A stretch of DNA of 64,000 nt. Source: Proteromonas lacertae. Taxonomy: Eukaryota. The position numbers and the translations under genes are program-made. A model generated the notes under the pieces. That model saw only the letters and a program-made list of their open reading frames with translations. It did no database searches and had not been told where the DNA came from. How positions within the stretch are numbered: the first letter of the stretch is position 1; the number at the start of each line of letters is the position of its first letter. The stretch spans positions 62,001 to 126,000 of the forward strand of contig NGBS01000599.1 in NCBI GenBank assembly GCA_002245135.1. Reading direction: 5' to 3'. Shown in pieces: positions 27,061-38,582 of the stretch.

Positions 27061-27844
27061 TGAATGAAAAGATAGAAGAATTATTAAATACTGAGATGTT
27101 ATTCAAACTACCCATTACTCCATATCCCATATTTATACAATTTATAAACGTATAAGAGACTTTGTTTATGAAAATTCTAGTATATTATGAAGTGATTGAT
27201 AATTTCAAAGAGAGTTTAATATTAATTCAAAACTTTAAAGATAATTGCAATAACCAAGACATTTACATTAGATAATATCTTTATAAAGAATTTAGCAAGA
27301 TTTGAAGATCAATATGATGAGATAGTAGTTGGTGCCCAAGATGAAGCAAAGATTGAAAATATGATATGAGAAAGAAAAGAAATTAAATGAAAAATACAAA
27401 TAAAAAAATGAAAGTGGAATAGTGTTGATAATGGTTTTAGAAGAATTATAGTAGAATAAGATGATAATTATTCTTTCTTCTTCTAGAAATATTATTACCA
27501 AATTGATGAAAAATACATTTTCAATAATCAGAATTCATATAAATAAAAAGAATTATTGGTAAATTGTATTGAATGATTACTATAATAATACAACACATAT
27601 AACAATTGTAATGAATGATTAGTAAATTATTACATTGGTATAATTTAAAATAGTCAAAAGAAAAGAAAAAAGAAGATATATTTTTATAAATATTGTTACA
27701 CTTACGTCTTAAATAATGAATCATTATTTTTTTGGGGGGGTAAGAGTATTATAAAATAACACAGTAAAAAATCTATAAAAGCTATTCTATTACTATAATT
27801 TCTATAAATATATATCATTCTATCTATTCCTATTATATGAAATA

Positions 27845-27930
27845 TGAGAAATCAAAAGTGTCTCCTAGACAAACGGCGTGAGAAGATTTAGAAATACGCC
27901 GTTTGTCTAGGAGACATTTTTCACTTCTCA
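27845..27930. repeat. Short hairpin built from a TIR-like motif
   Basis: GTGTCTCCTAGACAAACGGCGT, 16-nt loop, ACGCCGTTTGTCTAGGAGACAT. Confidence 0.8.
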
Positions 27931-28599
27931 ATTTTCTTCTGTGACTTATGTGTATCATTTCATAATCATTGATACTATTATATAAAACTAAAAACAACAC
28001 ATAAATTATAATTCTGTAAATTATACAAAAGAAGCTAAGTGTTAAAAATATATTGTAATTAGCTACACACTGAAATGAATGATTTTTATAGAAGGCACTG
28101 AAATATGAAATACATTAATTTGTTGTAGCTTTGAGATTCATGTCGATTAAAGATTGTATTTCTGTTTATATTGTAGATATTAACTTTGTAACTAAAATTA
28201 TAGATTTTGATGAAAAACATGTGCATATAAAACAAGTGTTTATATCAAAATATTGATTTTCGTACAAATAAGGGGTAAGAAAATTCAAGTTTTTAGTTAC
28301 ATTTTTTTATTTATATCAACAACAGAAGCGAGTTGTAAGATAATATTTTATGTTATTCATGTACTTAATATGTATTAATAGATTATGTAAAAATATTTGT
28401 TACATAGACTAATTAAGTCATATCGTGACATGTCTATCATATACAAAATGTTAAAATAAAAGTAACAATTTTTCATTTAAAGAAGTGTAATTGTGTATTT
28501 AGTTTGTTTTGAAAGTGTCTGGTAGACAAACTACCAACTGTGACAAACGGCGCACAACATATCTTATTATTTGCTTTTTAAAATCTAATTAAATAACAG

Positions 28600-29493
28600 T
28601 TATAGTAATTTATCTATATATTCTATTCCATACAAAACTCTATTAAACATATATATTTGTAATGGAATTATTTGACTCTTTTGAATTTGTGTAATGTTAT
28701 AAGGCCAATTAGATCTATCAATTCTTGTTTGAGTATAATTTCTAGGATGAAAGAATGTATTAGAATTAAATCTATGCCATTCTTTAATTTTATCTCTTAA
28801 ATATACTTCATCAATATATAAAAAGCTTTCAAAATACTTCTTTCCTCTTTTTAGTTGCTTACTTAAAGTATTTATTACACTAAGTTTTAAGTTATTATTA
28901 ATTACATCGTTTCCTAAAATATCATTCCATATTTTTTTCTGAGCTACAATGTAACACATAGCCCATCTTCCTTTATTATTGCCATATCCATATCCGTCTC
29001 TACCAAATGACTTTATTATTAACTTTTTATTACAAAAATCTTGGAAAAATACTTTTGAAACAGGGATCATATCAGCATCAGATAAATAAAAATAGTCATT
29101 GTTTTTAGTCTTTTGTAAAGCAGTATATCCAAATATTCTAGATAGTTTAGACGAAAAATGAAGTGATATTGTTTTATTATACTTAGTAAGTATAACTTCT
29201 GCTTCTAAATTAGTCAAAATATTCTGTAAATATAACATTTTCTTGCTTTCATTATGATAGACTATTATTACAATTATTTTAAATCCTAATAATTTCCAAG
29301 AACTAACAACTAATGGCAAATAAATAAAATATGATAATGAAGCAGCAGAAAGTTGAATATATACATTTATTTTTAAATTTCTAAAATTATATATATTTAG
29401 CATAATAAATATATATATAAAATGAAATGAATATACATAAAAATCGAATATTATTAGAATAATAGTAGGAACAATAAAAAATGTAAAAACCAA
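28600..29493 (-). CDS. Type II membrane protein with a DxD motif, putative glycosyltransferase
   Basis: N-terminal TM; SKLSRIFGY, YLSDADMIP, YIDEVYL. Confidence 0.55.
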   Translation of the reverse strand: MVFTFFIVPTIILIIFDFYVYSFHFIYIFIMLNIYNFRNLKINVYIQLSAASLSYFIYLPLVVSSWKLLGFKIIVIIVYHNESKKMLYLQNILTNLEAEVILTKYNKTISLHFSSKLSRIFGYTALQKTKNNDYFYLSDADMIPVSKVFFQDFCNKKLIIKSFGRDGYGYGNNKGRWAMCYIVAQKKIWNDILGNDVINNNLKLSVINTLSKQLKRGKKYFESFLYIDEVYLRDKIKEWHRFNSNTFFHPRNYTQTRIDRSNWPYNITQIQKSQIIPLQIYMFNRVLYGIEYIDKLL

Positions 29494-30348
29494 ATCAAGC
29501 TTTTTTGGGGTCGAGCTTTTCGTTTTTTAACAACAACTATTATACTTGAGGTCTATACAAATAGCTCATTTTATAGAGAAATATGTATATAAATTTATAG
29601 GTTTATCTATACGTCAAAACCTGTATCTTTAGTTTGACCTTTAACTTCTTTATACTAACTAATAGTTGAACTCCTATTGAACATGAGTTAACAAGCATAT
29701 TATCTAACCATAAATACAAATTTAAAGCTTTATGCATCATCTTTCAAATATCAAATTTGACTGTCGGTCGATACACTTTTTATATTACTATTATTTTGAT
29801 CAATTTCTCAATGATGACTCACAATAACATATTATTAACATAATATTAATTAATTATAGAATAAAAAAAATAAAAGAAAAAAACATCATGCTTGATGGTT
29901 TGAATAAGTAAATCTTTATTTTTTAAGATTTAGATCATTTAAATGTATAATTACTCAATATTTATAAGACTTTATAATATATGAAACTATAGGGATATCA
30001 CATTACCCCCTATCGCATCAAAAGAGTTGTGCATTTGTTCAATTGCTGCATGTTAAAGAAGTAAAATTTTAACTATTTAAAGTGTTTAATCAAATAATAG
30101 AGGAAGTAAAAAGAAAATTTCTACTTTACTATTTTCTTATTTATTTATTATTTCTCTATTATTTAAACTACAAATAAACTTTTGTTTATGATTATGAATG
30201 TTTATAAAGTCGTTAATTATTGTTAATTATTGTAATTCAATATATTAATTAGATATTATATTTTATCATTTCATTTTTAAATTGTAATAACGATATTGTA
30301 AAATAAAAGTGATTATGAATGAGGTAATTATTATATCGTTACTGAGAT

Positions 30349-31550
30349 TTAAAAACGATGTAAGGTATTCTTTTGGTAATTCTTGTAAAACTTAGCTTTT
30401 TCTTCCACAGTCAGTTTACTCATAGCAGAGAATAAATCTTCTATAAAATAATTAATATTAAAACTCTCTATATTCTGTATTTCATCTGTCCTTATGTTTT
30501 TCATTCTACATTCCAAATAAAAGAGGGTGTAATACCCACAATTCACTTTATCACGATTACTTTGTTTCACATTAGTTTCCATAATTTGGTAACTTAATTT
30601 TACTTTACTCTCAAAAAATCTGTATATTCTATAGATAATGTTATCTCTTGCATCATTATGATCCTCTCTATAAATGTTTAAGCTGTCATAGATATAATAT
30701 TTAATATATTTATTACTGTTATATTTAACTTCAAATAACGACCAATGTTGATAATCTTTGTCGCATACTGGAAAATATATATACAATCGTTCTTTATTTT
30801 ACTTAATAAACGTAACTGTTCATCACTTTTATATATATTATCTGGATCTATTACATTATCATTACACTGATTAATGAAGTGTATATAAAACACTAGATCT
30901 TCCGATTTTAATCACTCTTTTAATAATAGATGATTAACTATAATATTAAATTGTCTTTAGAAACAGTTCTTTTGTTTACCTTTTAGTGATATTGTATTAT
31001 AATTGTATGGATTTATAATTAATCTGACAAAATTTAATGTATTTTCTTCATTGCGTGAATAGAATAGAGAATCACCATCATCATCATCATGTATATTGAA
31101 GTAAAAACAGGACAACTTCAGTCTGTATGATTTATATTCTAATAGTTTAGAGATATATTCTCTTAGCAAATCGCTCATGAGAATAACATCTAACTCCAAT
31201 ACTTCAATATTGTTGTAATCAGAATTCATAATCATAAATTTCACAGTAGCAGCAATATCTGTCTTCTGGAAAATTGTTGCTAACATTAATTTTAATAATT
31301 ACATATTTACTTAGATTTGGAAGAGATATATATGAGGATAAGTATTTAAGATCTGTATTATAGTCATATATATTCATTGAATCATATATTTTAATCATCC
31401 CATTATCCTTTTCTATCATAATTAAATAGCATCGATGTGATTTAATTAATATACTCATACTTTTATTATTATATAATAACATATTGTTACTTAATAGATT
31501 AATGTCATTAAAATCATATAATTGAAGTATATACCATATCTGATAGGTAT
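30349..31550 (-). pseudogene. Ulp1/C48-like cysteine protease with two protease-like domains, frameshifted
   Basis: QHWSL…YIYDSL…KQSNRDKVNCGYY catalytic pattern in 30349-30786; a degenerate second copy (SHRCYL…IYDSMN) in 31219-31482. Confidence 0.65.
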
Positions 31551-31768
31551 TTGGAAAAGAAACAAAAGAAATAAATGAGTAGATTTTTTTATAATATATT
31601 TATAATAATCTAATATAAAAATAGTAGCTAAGAATAGATTATTTTTGTAAACTGTTAAAAATTGAATTATGTTGTGACGAAATTTGATGGCTTGATTGAC
31701 ACTATTTTTTATTTTTTAAAATTAACATTATTTTAGAAACATATGCATTTTGGCTAATACTATTATAA

Positions 31769-33574
31769 TCAACAATATCTATCAGTCGTATTTAAATAAT
31801 GAAGAAGAAACATGTTATTTTTATTAGATTTTTGTATTTTATTAATTTTAAATAAATATTTGTATTTTCCCAATATAATATCAATTTTTGATATAACAAA
31901 TTCAAAAGATAAGTGACAAGCATCTACATACATTAATATATTAGAGTTTAGCAATTTACATATATTTTTCTTGCAAATTATATCAATGAATGATAAATAT
32001 TTCTCCTTTATAACTTGTTTTATCAGGATATTCTCTTTGTATCTGCATTTATTTGAATAAACATTAAAGTAACAGTTATCAATTCTATTGTTAACATAAT
32101 AATGAGGATTAAATTTTAAAAAAGGAACATCTTCAATAAAGTATATTATGTTAGATATTCTTTTTATAATATATAACCCTTCAATAACATAATTTTGAAG
32201 AACTGTTATGTTGTTAAACATATTAAAATAATTTGAAATAAATATAAAAGAGATATTATATAGATTACTTTTGTTTAAAGTATAATAAATATTAGAATAT
32301 TCATTTCTAATGTGATTATTCAATTTTACCCAAATAAAGAGTAAATATGTGTGTTTAATTATTGATAATTTATATATTAAAGGAGACCAGATAAGTAAAT
32401 GTGAATCTCCAATTAACAAAAACCATTCTTTATTGCTAATATATTCTATATTTGAATGAATTTTGATGTGTTTCATACATTCATTGTAAATTGTATTATA
32501 ATTTGATATAAATAGTGGTGGAATAGTAATCACATTGAATTTAGGCTTCATATAACTGATTTTAAATATATATAATCCAAAAAGAAAAGATAATATTACA
32601 ATAAATGATATATTCTCTCTCATGCTCTTAAAAGGAGATTCTACTAGATAATAGGATAATAGAGAATATAATGTAACAAGAAGAGAATAACAAACAAATG
32701 TCTGTTCTTTATATAATATTAATAGTATATAATGCCATAAATACAATGAATATGATATTTTTCCTATATATGCTAAAAGATATGACTTAAGTATCCAATT
32801 AGCAGAGAATAAGTCGGTATTGGAGTTATAAAAAATGGGAATAATACTAATAGACGGATATAAAGGATAATAACTAGGATAAATGTTATTATTATTAAAT
32901 GTGCAAGAAAATAATAATACAAATATTAATCCAATAACTGATAATATATTTATATTATAAAATTCATACTTATGTAAATGTGCTATAATTTTACCGAACA
33001 AAAATTCCCATAGTCTTACTTTAAATATAAAGTAAGCAAGATTATAATATTTAATTGATATTATAATAGAATATACAAATGACATAATGAATGTAACATA
33101 TACAGTTCTATTATGCAAATATATATAAATAGGATATAATAAGTAAAATTGTTCTTCAATTGATAATGACCAAAAATGTAATACTACTGAAGGAGGCTGA
33201 GATTCATATGCATAATTGATATTTCTATAATAGAAATGTATATTAGAAATACCAAATATAGCATATCTAATATCAATTTGTATATCATTAGGATTAAATT
33301 CAATCAATTCATTTATTTTATATAAAGTGAAATACAATACTAAATAACTAGCAGGAATAATTCTTTTAATTCTATTACAATAGAATTTAATAATCATTAT
33401 TGTTTTTTTATTTTTTTCTATGCCATATACTATTTCTATAATATATCCTGATATTAAAAAAAATATATCTACACCAATATATCCGGCTTTAATTACATTA
33501 TTATTATAATGATAAATAATTACTAATAAAACAGATAAACCTCTTAAACCTTCAATGTCTTTCCTATAATTCAT
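31769..33574 (-). CDS. Intact OafA/YrhL-type O-acyltransferase (Acyl_transf_3 + SGNH)
   Basis: YRKDIEGLRGLSVLLVIIYH, GYIGVDIFFLISGY, HFWSLSIEEQFY, SYSLYLWH, GDSH, YVDACHL. Confidence 0.9.
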   Translation of the reverse strand: MNYRKDIEGLRGLSVLLVIIYHYNNNVIKAGYIGVDIFFLISGYIIEIVYGIEKNKKTIMIIKFYCNRIKRIIPASYLVLYFTLYKINELIEFNPNDIQIDIRYAIFGISNIHFYYRNINYAYESQPPSVVLHFWSLSIEEQFYLLYPIYIYLHNRTVYVTFIMSFVYSIIISIKYYNLAYFIFKVRLWEFLFGKIIAHLHKYEFYNINILSVIGLIFVLLFSCTFNNNNIYPSYYPLYPSISIIPIFYNSNTDLFSANWILKSYLLAYIGKISYSLYLWHYILLILYKEQTFVCYSLLVTLYSLLSYYLVESPFKSMRENISFIVILSFLFGLYIFKISYMKPKFNVITIPPLFISNYNTIYNECMKHIKIHSNIEYISNKEWFLLIGDSHLLIWSPLIYKLSIIKHTYLLFIWVKLNNHIRNEYSNIYYTLNKSNLYNISFIFISNYFNMFNNITVLQNYVIEGLYIIKRISNIIYFIEDVPFLKFNPHYYVNNRIDNCYFNVYSNKCRYKENILIKQVIKEKYLSFIDIICKKNICKLLNSNILMYVDACHLSFEFVISKIDIILGKYKYLFKINKIQKSNKNNMFLLHYLNTTDRYC

Positions 33575-33677
33575 TGTAAATATTAATTCCTTGACGAATT
33601 ACTAAACATTTGAATGTTATGACAGCTTTTCCATTATCCTTCATCATTGTGGCTAAATGAATATGATTAGTACAAGT

Positions 33678-34314
33678 TGTTGTGCGCCGTTTGTCATAGT
33701 TGGCCGTTTGTCTACCAGACACTTTTAAAACAAACTAAATGTATATTCTTGCTTGTCTTGATGAAAAATCGTTACTTTTATACTAACTTTGTTATATGAC
33801 CTACCTCTGCAGTATACTTTTTTGTTAATATAAATAGTTTGAATATTTGCGCCGTTTGTTTTGTAGAAATTTTTGAAGCAAACTAAATGCATATTTAGCT
33901 AATATAAACTAAAATACATTAGCTAAAATGATTAGAATATAATAATTATTAAATCTTTCTATATAAAAAAGAAATGTAAAAAATAGGCTTGAGTGAGGCT
34001 TGATTCTATATTTTCTATTTTCATTTTAAATGTCTTATGATCAACATTAAGCGGTTCTAATCATTTCAGCTAATGTATTTTAGTCTATATTAGCTAAATA
34101 TGCATTTAGTTTGCTTCAAAAATTTCTACAAAACAAACGGCGCAAATATTCAAACTATTTATATTAACAAAAAAGTATACTGCAGAGGTAGGTCATATAA
34201 CAAAGTTAGTATAAAAGTAACGATTTTTCATCAAGACAAGCAAGAATATACATTTAGTTTGTTTTAAAAGTGTCTGGTAGACAAACGGCCAACTATGACA
34301 AACGGCGCACAACA
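33678..34314. mobile_element. Foldback MITE (subfamily A), 637 bp, TSD CAAGT
   Basis: Near-perfect 260-bp inverted arms (33678-33937 and 34055-34314); CAAGT at 33673-33677 and 34315-34319. Confidence 0.95.
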
Positions 34315-34461
34315 CAAGTGATTACTGTTTTACCTGTTTTCGAGTGTAATTAGATCTTGAATTATATTCAGATTACACTGCAATTTACCTGTTTTAAAAG
34401 TCATTTCTACAATTCATTGATAAAACTATAGATATATTTTTGTTTTAGAGTTATTTCTATA

Positions 34462-34738
34462 TTTTCTAAAGAGTAAAAACAATTCCCTGAACAAAAGTAT
34501 ATACTTCACAAACACATCAACATGTAATTCAGGATATGGATTAATGTATATTAATAATAAATGCGCAATAGAAGCTATAACAGATTATTACATATTAAGT
34601 AGATGTAAATTTTTAATTTTGACAAAATGTAGTTCTTTTAGTTTGGTTAGTTTATTTGCGAATAAAATAGGACATAAAAACCATAAAATGCACAAATATT
34701 ATGGTAACTGTAGTATTCATTCTAATTTATACAATTAA
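34462..34738 (+). pseudogene. 5'-truncated copy of the 20110-21069 fucosyltransferase-like gene
   Basis: Identical C-terminal peptide; the breakpoint is at 34462. Confidence 0.85.
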
Positions 34739-34811
34739 AATAATGCTGACATATAAAAGAAGAAAAACACTATATTCAATAGAAATATAGGTATTTGTCA
34801 TTAATAAAAAA

Positions 34812-35836
34812 CTATATTGGAGTTAAACTGCAATTATTAAAACTTAACTTCAAGTTATTTATCAAACCATTCTTTATTTCATAGCCTAAACCATTTATTC
34901 TATCAAGTAGTATACCAGATTTTAATAATGCTGTTAAACCAAATGTACTTTTAGAAATTATTAATAGATGAGATTTTGAAAGAATTTCATGTTCAATAAT
35001 TATTGTTGAATCTTTTCTATGATTTTTATAGTGATTAGTTATGTTAGTCGAATAAACTGATATTTCTTTGTATTTACTTTGTAAATTTATTTTTAGTTTA
35101 TAAGAATCAGCTGTAAAAAACCAATTTCTATATTCTTTGTGTTTTGATGCTAAATCAAGCATTATTTTTACATCATTTAGATCAGCAAATTGTTTTTCAT
35201 TTAAATCTTCATTTCCAAGTCTAATTTGTATTCCTAAAAATACTTCTTTATTAAAAGTTTGGATATATTTATCTACTCTTTTATTAATGAAATGTTTTAC
35301 CCTCAATAATTTTGTAAAAATTTGATGATAAATATAGAAAATTATATTACATAACTTTTTAGATTCATATAATGGAACATATATTATAACATTTTTAAAG
35401 AAATATTTGTCTTTTATTAATTCAACTAGAGTATCACACCAAATATATTGAAAATGAATGTTATTCTTTCTATTTATATTATTTAACTTCTTTATATAAA
35501 AAGGACATATTGAAATCCTTTCTACTTTTTCATACTTTTTCAATGATATATTATATTTATTAATATAGTAGAATAGATCAAATTCATTCCAATTTTCAAC
35601 TAGCTAAATATATATATTAATTTAATACTTTTAGGTTTTTTGTCAAAATAAATAGACATTAATATTATTCCAGCAAAAGACATTAGTCTATTTCCTAATC
35701 CAGCAATAGTATAAGTACTGATTGTGAAGATACTATTCTTATAAATACGATTTACAATGTTAATTAATTCAACATAATAATAATTATTATTTAAAAATAC
35801 TAATACAATAATTAAATATATAAAAGTATTTCTCAT
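34812..35836 (-). CDS. Fucosyltransferase-like protein, duplicate of 19012-20036
   Basis: Identical translation. Confidence 0.75.
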
Positions 35837-35936
35837 AATAAATTAATAATTTCAATGGAATAAAAAAAGAAAATCAAGTGTAAATATAAAACTTTATTTT
35901 CATTATAATATCTATCTTTTTCTTATATTATTATAT

Positions 35937-37025
35937 TTGTTTTATTCTTTTCATTACACAAAAAAATACAAGCAAAAAATCAATAAAATACATTATACCA
36001 CTTTATTAAACCCAATTGAAATATTTTATGGAGTGTATTTGTTCTCTGCTTTCCAAGATGATAGTATAATAAGATTAATTACATATCATATAAACACAAG
36101 AGATTATTTGACTAATAATTTTAGTTGTATATTCATAGAAAACAAGAAATATAAAACTAGATTAATATCATATAATTACAAACCTGTACACAATTGTTAT
36201 TATAACTTAATATGCAAAATTCCTCATGATTTTATAACTACAGATAGAGTAATGTTAAATAATAAAGTAATAAAAATAGTAAATACCAATAATAATAGAA
36301 AGTTATACAAACTTTTATTCTGCTTAACTACTCTATTTAACTATAATAATAGTATTAGATTTATTGAATTCATAGAATACTATAGATATTTTGGAGTCGA
36401 TAGATTTATAATATACAATACTAATTGTTCAAAGCAGATTGAAAAGATTATCATTCATTACATGAATATTGGATTAATTGCTGTAATTTATGATAATTTT
36501 ACTCACAATTTATATGAAAGGAAAAAATTTCATGTTTGGAAACAGAATGATTGTTTCTTTAGATATAAAAATTATGCAAAGAAAATGATTTATACAGATC
36601 ATGATGAAATAATATATTCACCTAAATTTACAAATAGTACAGATTTCTTTTCTCATTTGAATGATAAAGCTACATCATATCATTTTTATCCTAAATTAAC
36701 TATTACATATGGAAAAGGATTCTTCACAAATAACTTTTATTCAGTATGCCCTTTATCACAATGGAAATTCATTATAAATAACCCTAATTGTGTATTACAG
36801 GTTGTAGTTCATGATATTATCACTAAAAAGAGAAAAGAATGCTTTAAAGTAGTAGTACGTATTGACAATGGGTATGTAATTCACGCAAGAAATTTACCTT
36901 CTAGGCATTCCAAAGTATGTAGAAATTGGAGCTTTATATCATCATTTACTAGTCAGAAGAATAAATTATTTCGATTAACCAATAATGCAATATCTATAAT
37001 AAAACCGCATCATTATTATAAATAA
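35937..37025 (+). CDS. GT92 glycosyltransferase, duplicate of 17823-18911
   Basis: Identical translation. Confidence 0.8.
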   Translation: MFYSFHYTKKYKQKINKIHYTTLLNPIEIFYGVYLFSAFQDDSIIRLITYHINTRDYLTNNFSCIFIENKKYKTRLISYNYKPVHNCYYNLICKIPHDFITTDRVMLNNKVIKIVNTNNNRKLYKLLFCLTTLFNYNNSIRFIEFIEYYRYFGVDRFIIYNTNCSKQIEKIIIHYMNIGLIAVIYDNFTHNLYERKKFHVWKQNDCFFRYKNYAKKMIYTDHDEIIYSPKFTNSTDFFSHLNDKATSYHFYPKLTITYGKGFFTNNFYSVCPLSQWKFIINNPNCVLQVVVHDIITKKRKECFKVVVRIDNGYVIHARNLPSRHSKVCRNWSFISSFTSQKNKLFRLTNNAISIIKPHHYYK

Positions 37026-37364
37026 CTATAATACAATAAAGAGTTATAATAATCGTATGGATTTGTTAATATTTAGATAATGGACATAAACAAATATTAC
37101 TTCATATTATCATTATAAAGCGAAAGAAAACTTTAAAAAAGCAGTAAAAGAAAGTAGAAAATTAAATAAAATAAAACAATAAAATGAAAGACATTTCGTA
37201 AATAAGTACTTACAAGAGCAACTCAACTCAAACGGCATAATTAAAACTCAAATAAATATTTTGAAAATAGTAGCTTATTACATTTTTTAATTTATGAGCT
37301 TATCTTATCATTAGTAAGAATATTAATCAGCGAAATAATACATACTATTTCTTCAGAATAAAAA

Positions 37365-38378
37365 TTATAAAACTATCATATTCAAGATATATTGAAATAT
37401 AGTAATATTAACAACGAATTTTGATTTTATAATTCTTTCATAATATCCATAATATTCTAATCCAAGTTTTTTTGATAAAGAAAAATAACACAAATTTTTA
37501 CTTAAAAACTCCACTATTTTGCTACTTTTTGATAGAATGATGTTTGATAATCCTGCTCCGTGAGGAGCAACTATGAGTTTTGCATACTTAAAATAATTTA
37601 AAGTATTATTGAATGTTGTATTAGGATAAAATATTACTATTTTAGTTTTTGTGTATATGTTTTGCATAGTATTATACACTTCATCAAAGTTTTGTATATC
37701 TCTTTTACCAAATCTCTTTATTAATATTATATCATATTTTGCTTTAGATTTTATTCTATATCTCAAATAATATCTTAAATATAGTAAATGTAATAATGGT
37801 GGAGATGATCCACAACTTCCTTTTTCTAGTATTAATAATTTTTCAACAAAAACATTTCCATAAATTATTCTTGAATTATTAAATCCTAGAAAATGTAGAT
37901 ATTTTACGTTAATTGATCTAATTGTATGTATTTTTATCGATTTATCGCGCAATAGTTCAGGTATATAATATCCTATTTTTGCTAAACACTCAACAATTGA
38001 GTGAAATACTGCATTTCCCCAATGATGACTTATTGATATGACTTTTTTATACTTTTTATATAACTCTATTTTATAATAAATTTTAGGCATATTAGAGCAC
38101 TTACATCCTCCTTTAGTTGTAATGTTCCAACAATGTGAGTGAATACTTCCCTCATTAGATAATATTACATCTTTGAATCCTAATAGTTTTAAATGGAAGT
38201 TTAGATGTGTATATTCTATTTTCTTTTTTCTCATTTTAGCATTAACTGATATGTTTATTAAGTAATTACTCTTCTTGTATGTAAATATTATCCTTTTGGA
38301 GTGAAAATAAAATATATTACTAATATTATTAGTTTTATATTCTATACATTTATAATTTTGGTAATAATTACATTTCAT
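37365..38378 (-). CDS. GT61 glycosyltransferase, duplicate of 16470-17483
   Basis: Identical translation. Confidence 0.82.
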   Translation of the reverse strand: MKCNYYQNYKCIEYKTNNISNIFYFHSKRIIFTYKKSNYLINISVNAKMRKKKIEYTHLNFHLKLLGFKDVILSNEGSIHSHCWNITTKGGCKCSNMPKIYYKIELYKKYKKVISISHHWGNAVFHSIVECLAKIGYYIPELLRDKSIKIHTIRSINVKYLHFLGFNNSRIIYGNVFVEKLLILEKGSCGSSPPLLHLLYLRYYLRYRIKSKAKYDIILIKRFGKRDIQNFDEVYNTMQNIYTKTKIVIFYPNTTFNNTLNYFKYAKLIVAPHGAGLSNIILSKSSKIVEFLSKNLCYFSLSKKLGLEYYGYYERIIKSKFVVNITIFQYILNMIVL

Positions 38379-38582
38379 TTTTTTCTTTAATGATAAAAAA
38401 TAGAATGATTTATTTAAAAAAGAACTGTGATTATATATGTAAAAATCCTTATTTCTTAAAAATCGAACATTAATAATGAGTATAATATAAAGAACAAAAA
38501 CATAAATACTAATATATACAAAGGAATTATAGGATTCTATAATAAAATTATATAATAAATAGATACACTAGAAATAATAATG

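Larger units (their letters stand above)
21583..28559. mobile_element. Non-autonomous TIR 'Pack' element (subfamily A), 6977 bp, 5-bp TSD TATCT
   Basis: TGTTGTGCGCC… at 21583 and …GGCGCACAACA at 28559; imperfect TIRs over more than 100 bp; TATCT at 21578-21582 and 28560-28564. Confidence 0.92.

Noticed and set aside
21583..28559. LTR retrotransposon (TG…CA ends, 5-bp TSD)
   Set aside because: The terminal repeats are inverted, not direct, and no RT or gag is present.
4740..33574. Bacterial contaminant or prokaryotic operon
   Set aside because: Contiguous with intron-containing VMP1; several island genes have spliceosomal introns and signal anchors; orientations are mixed.
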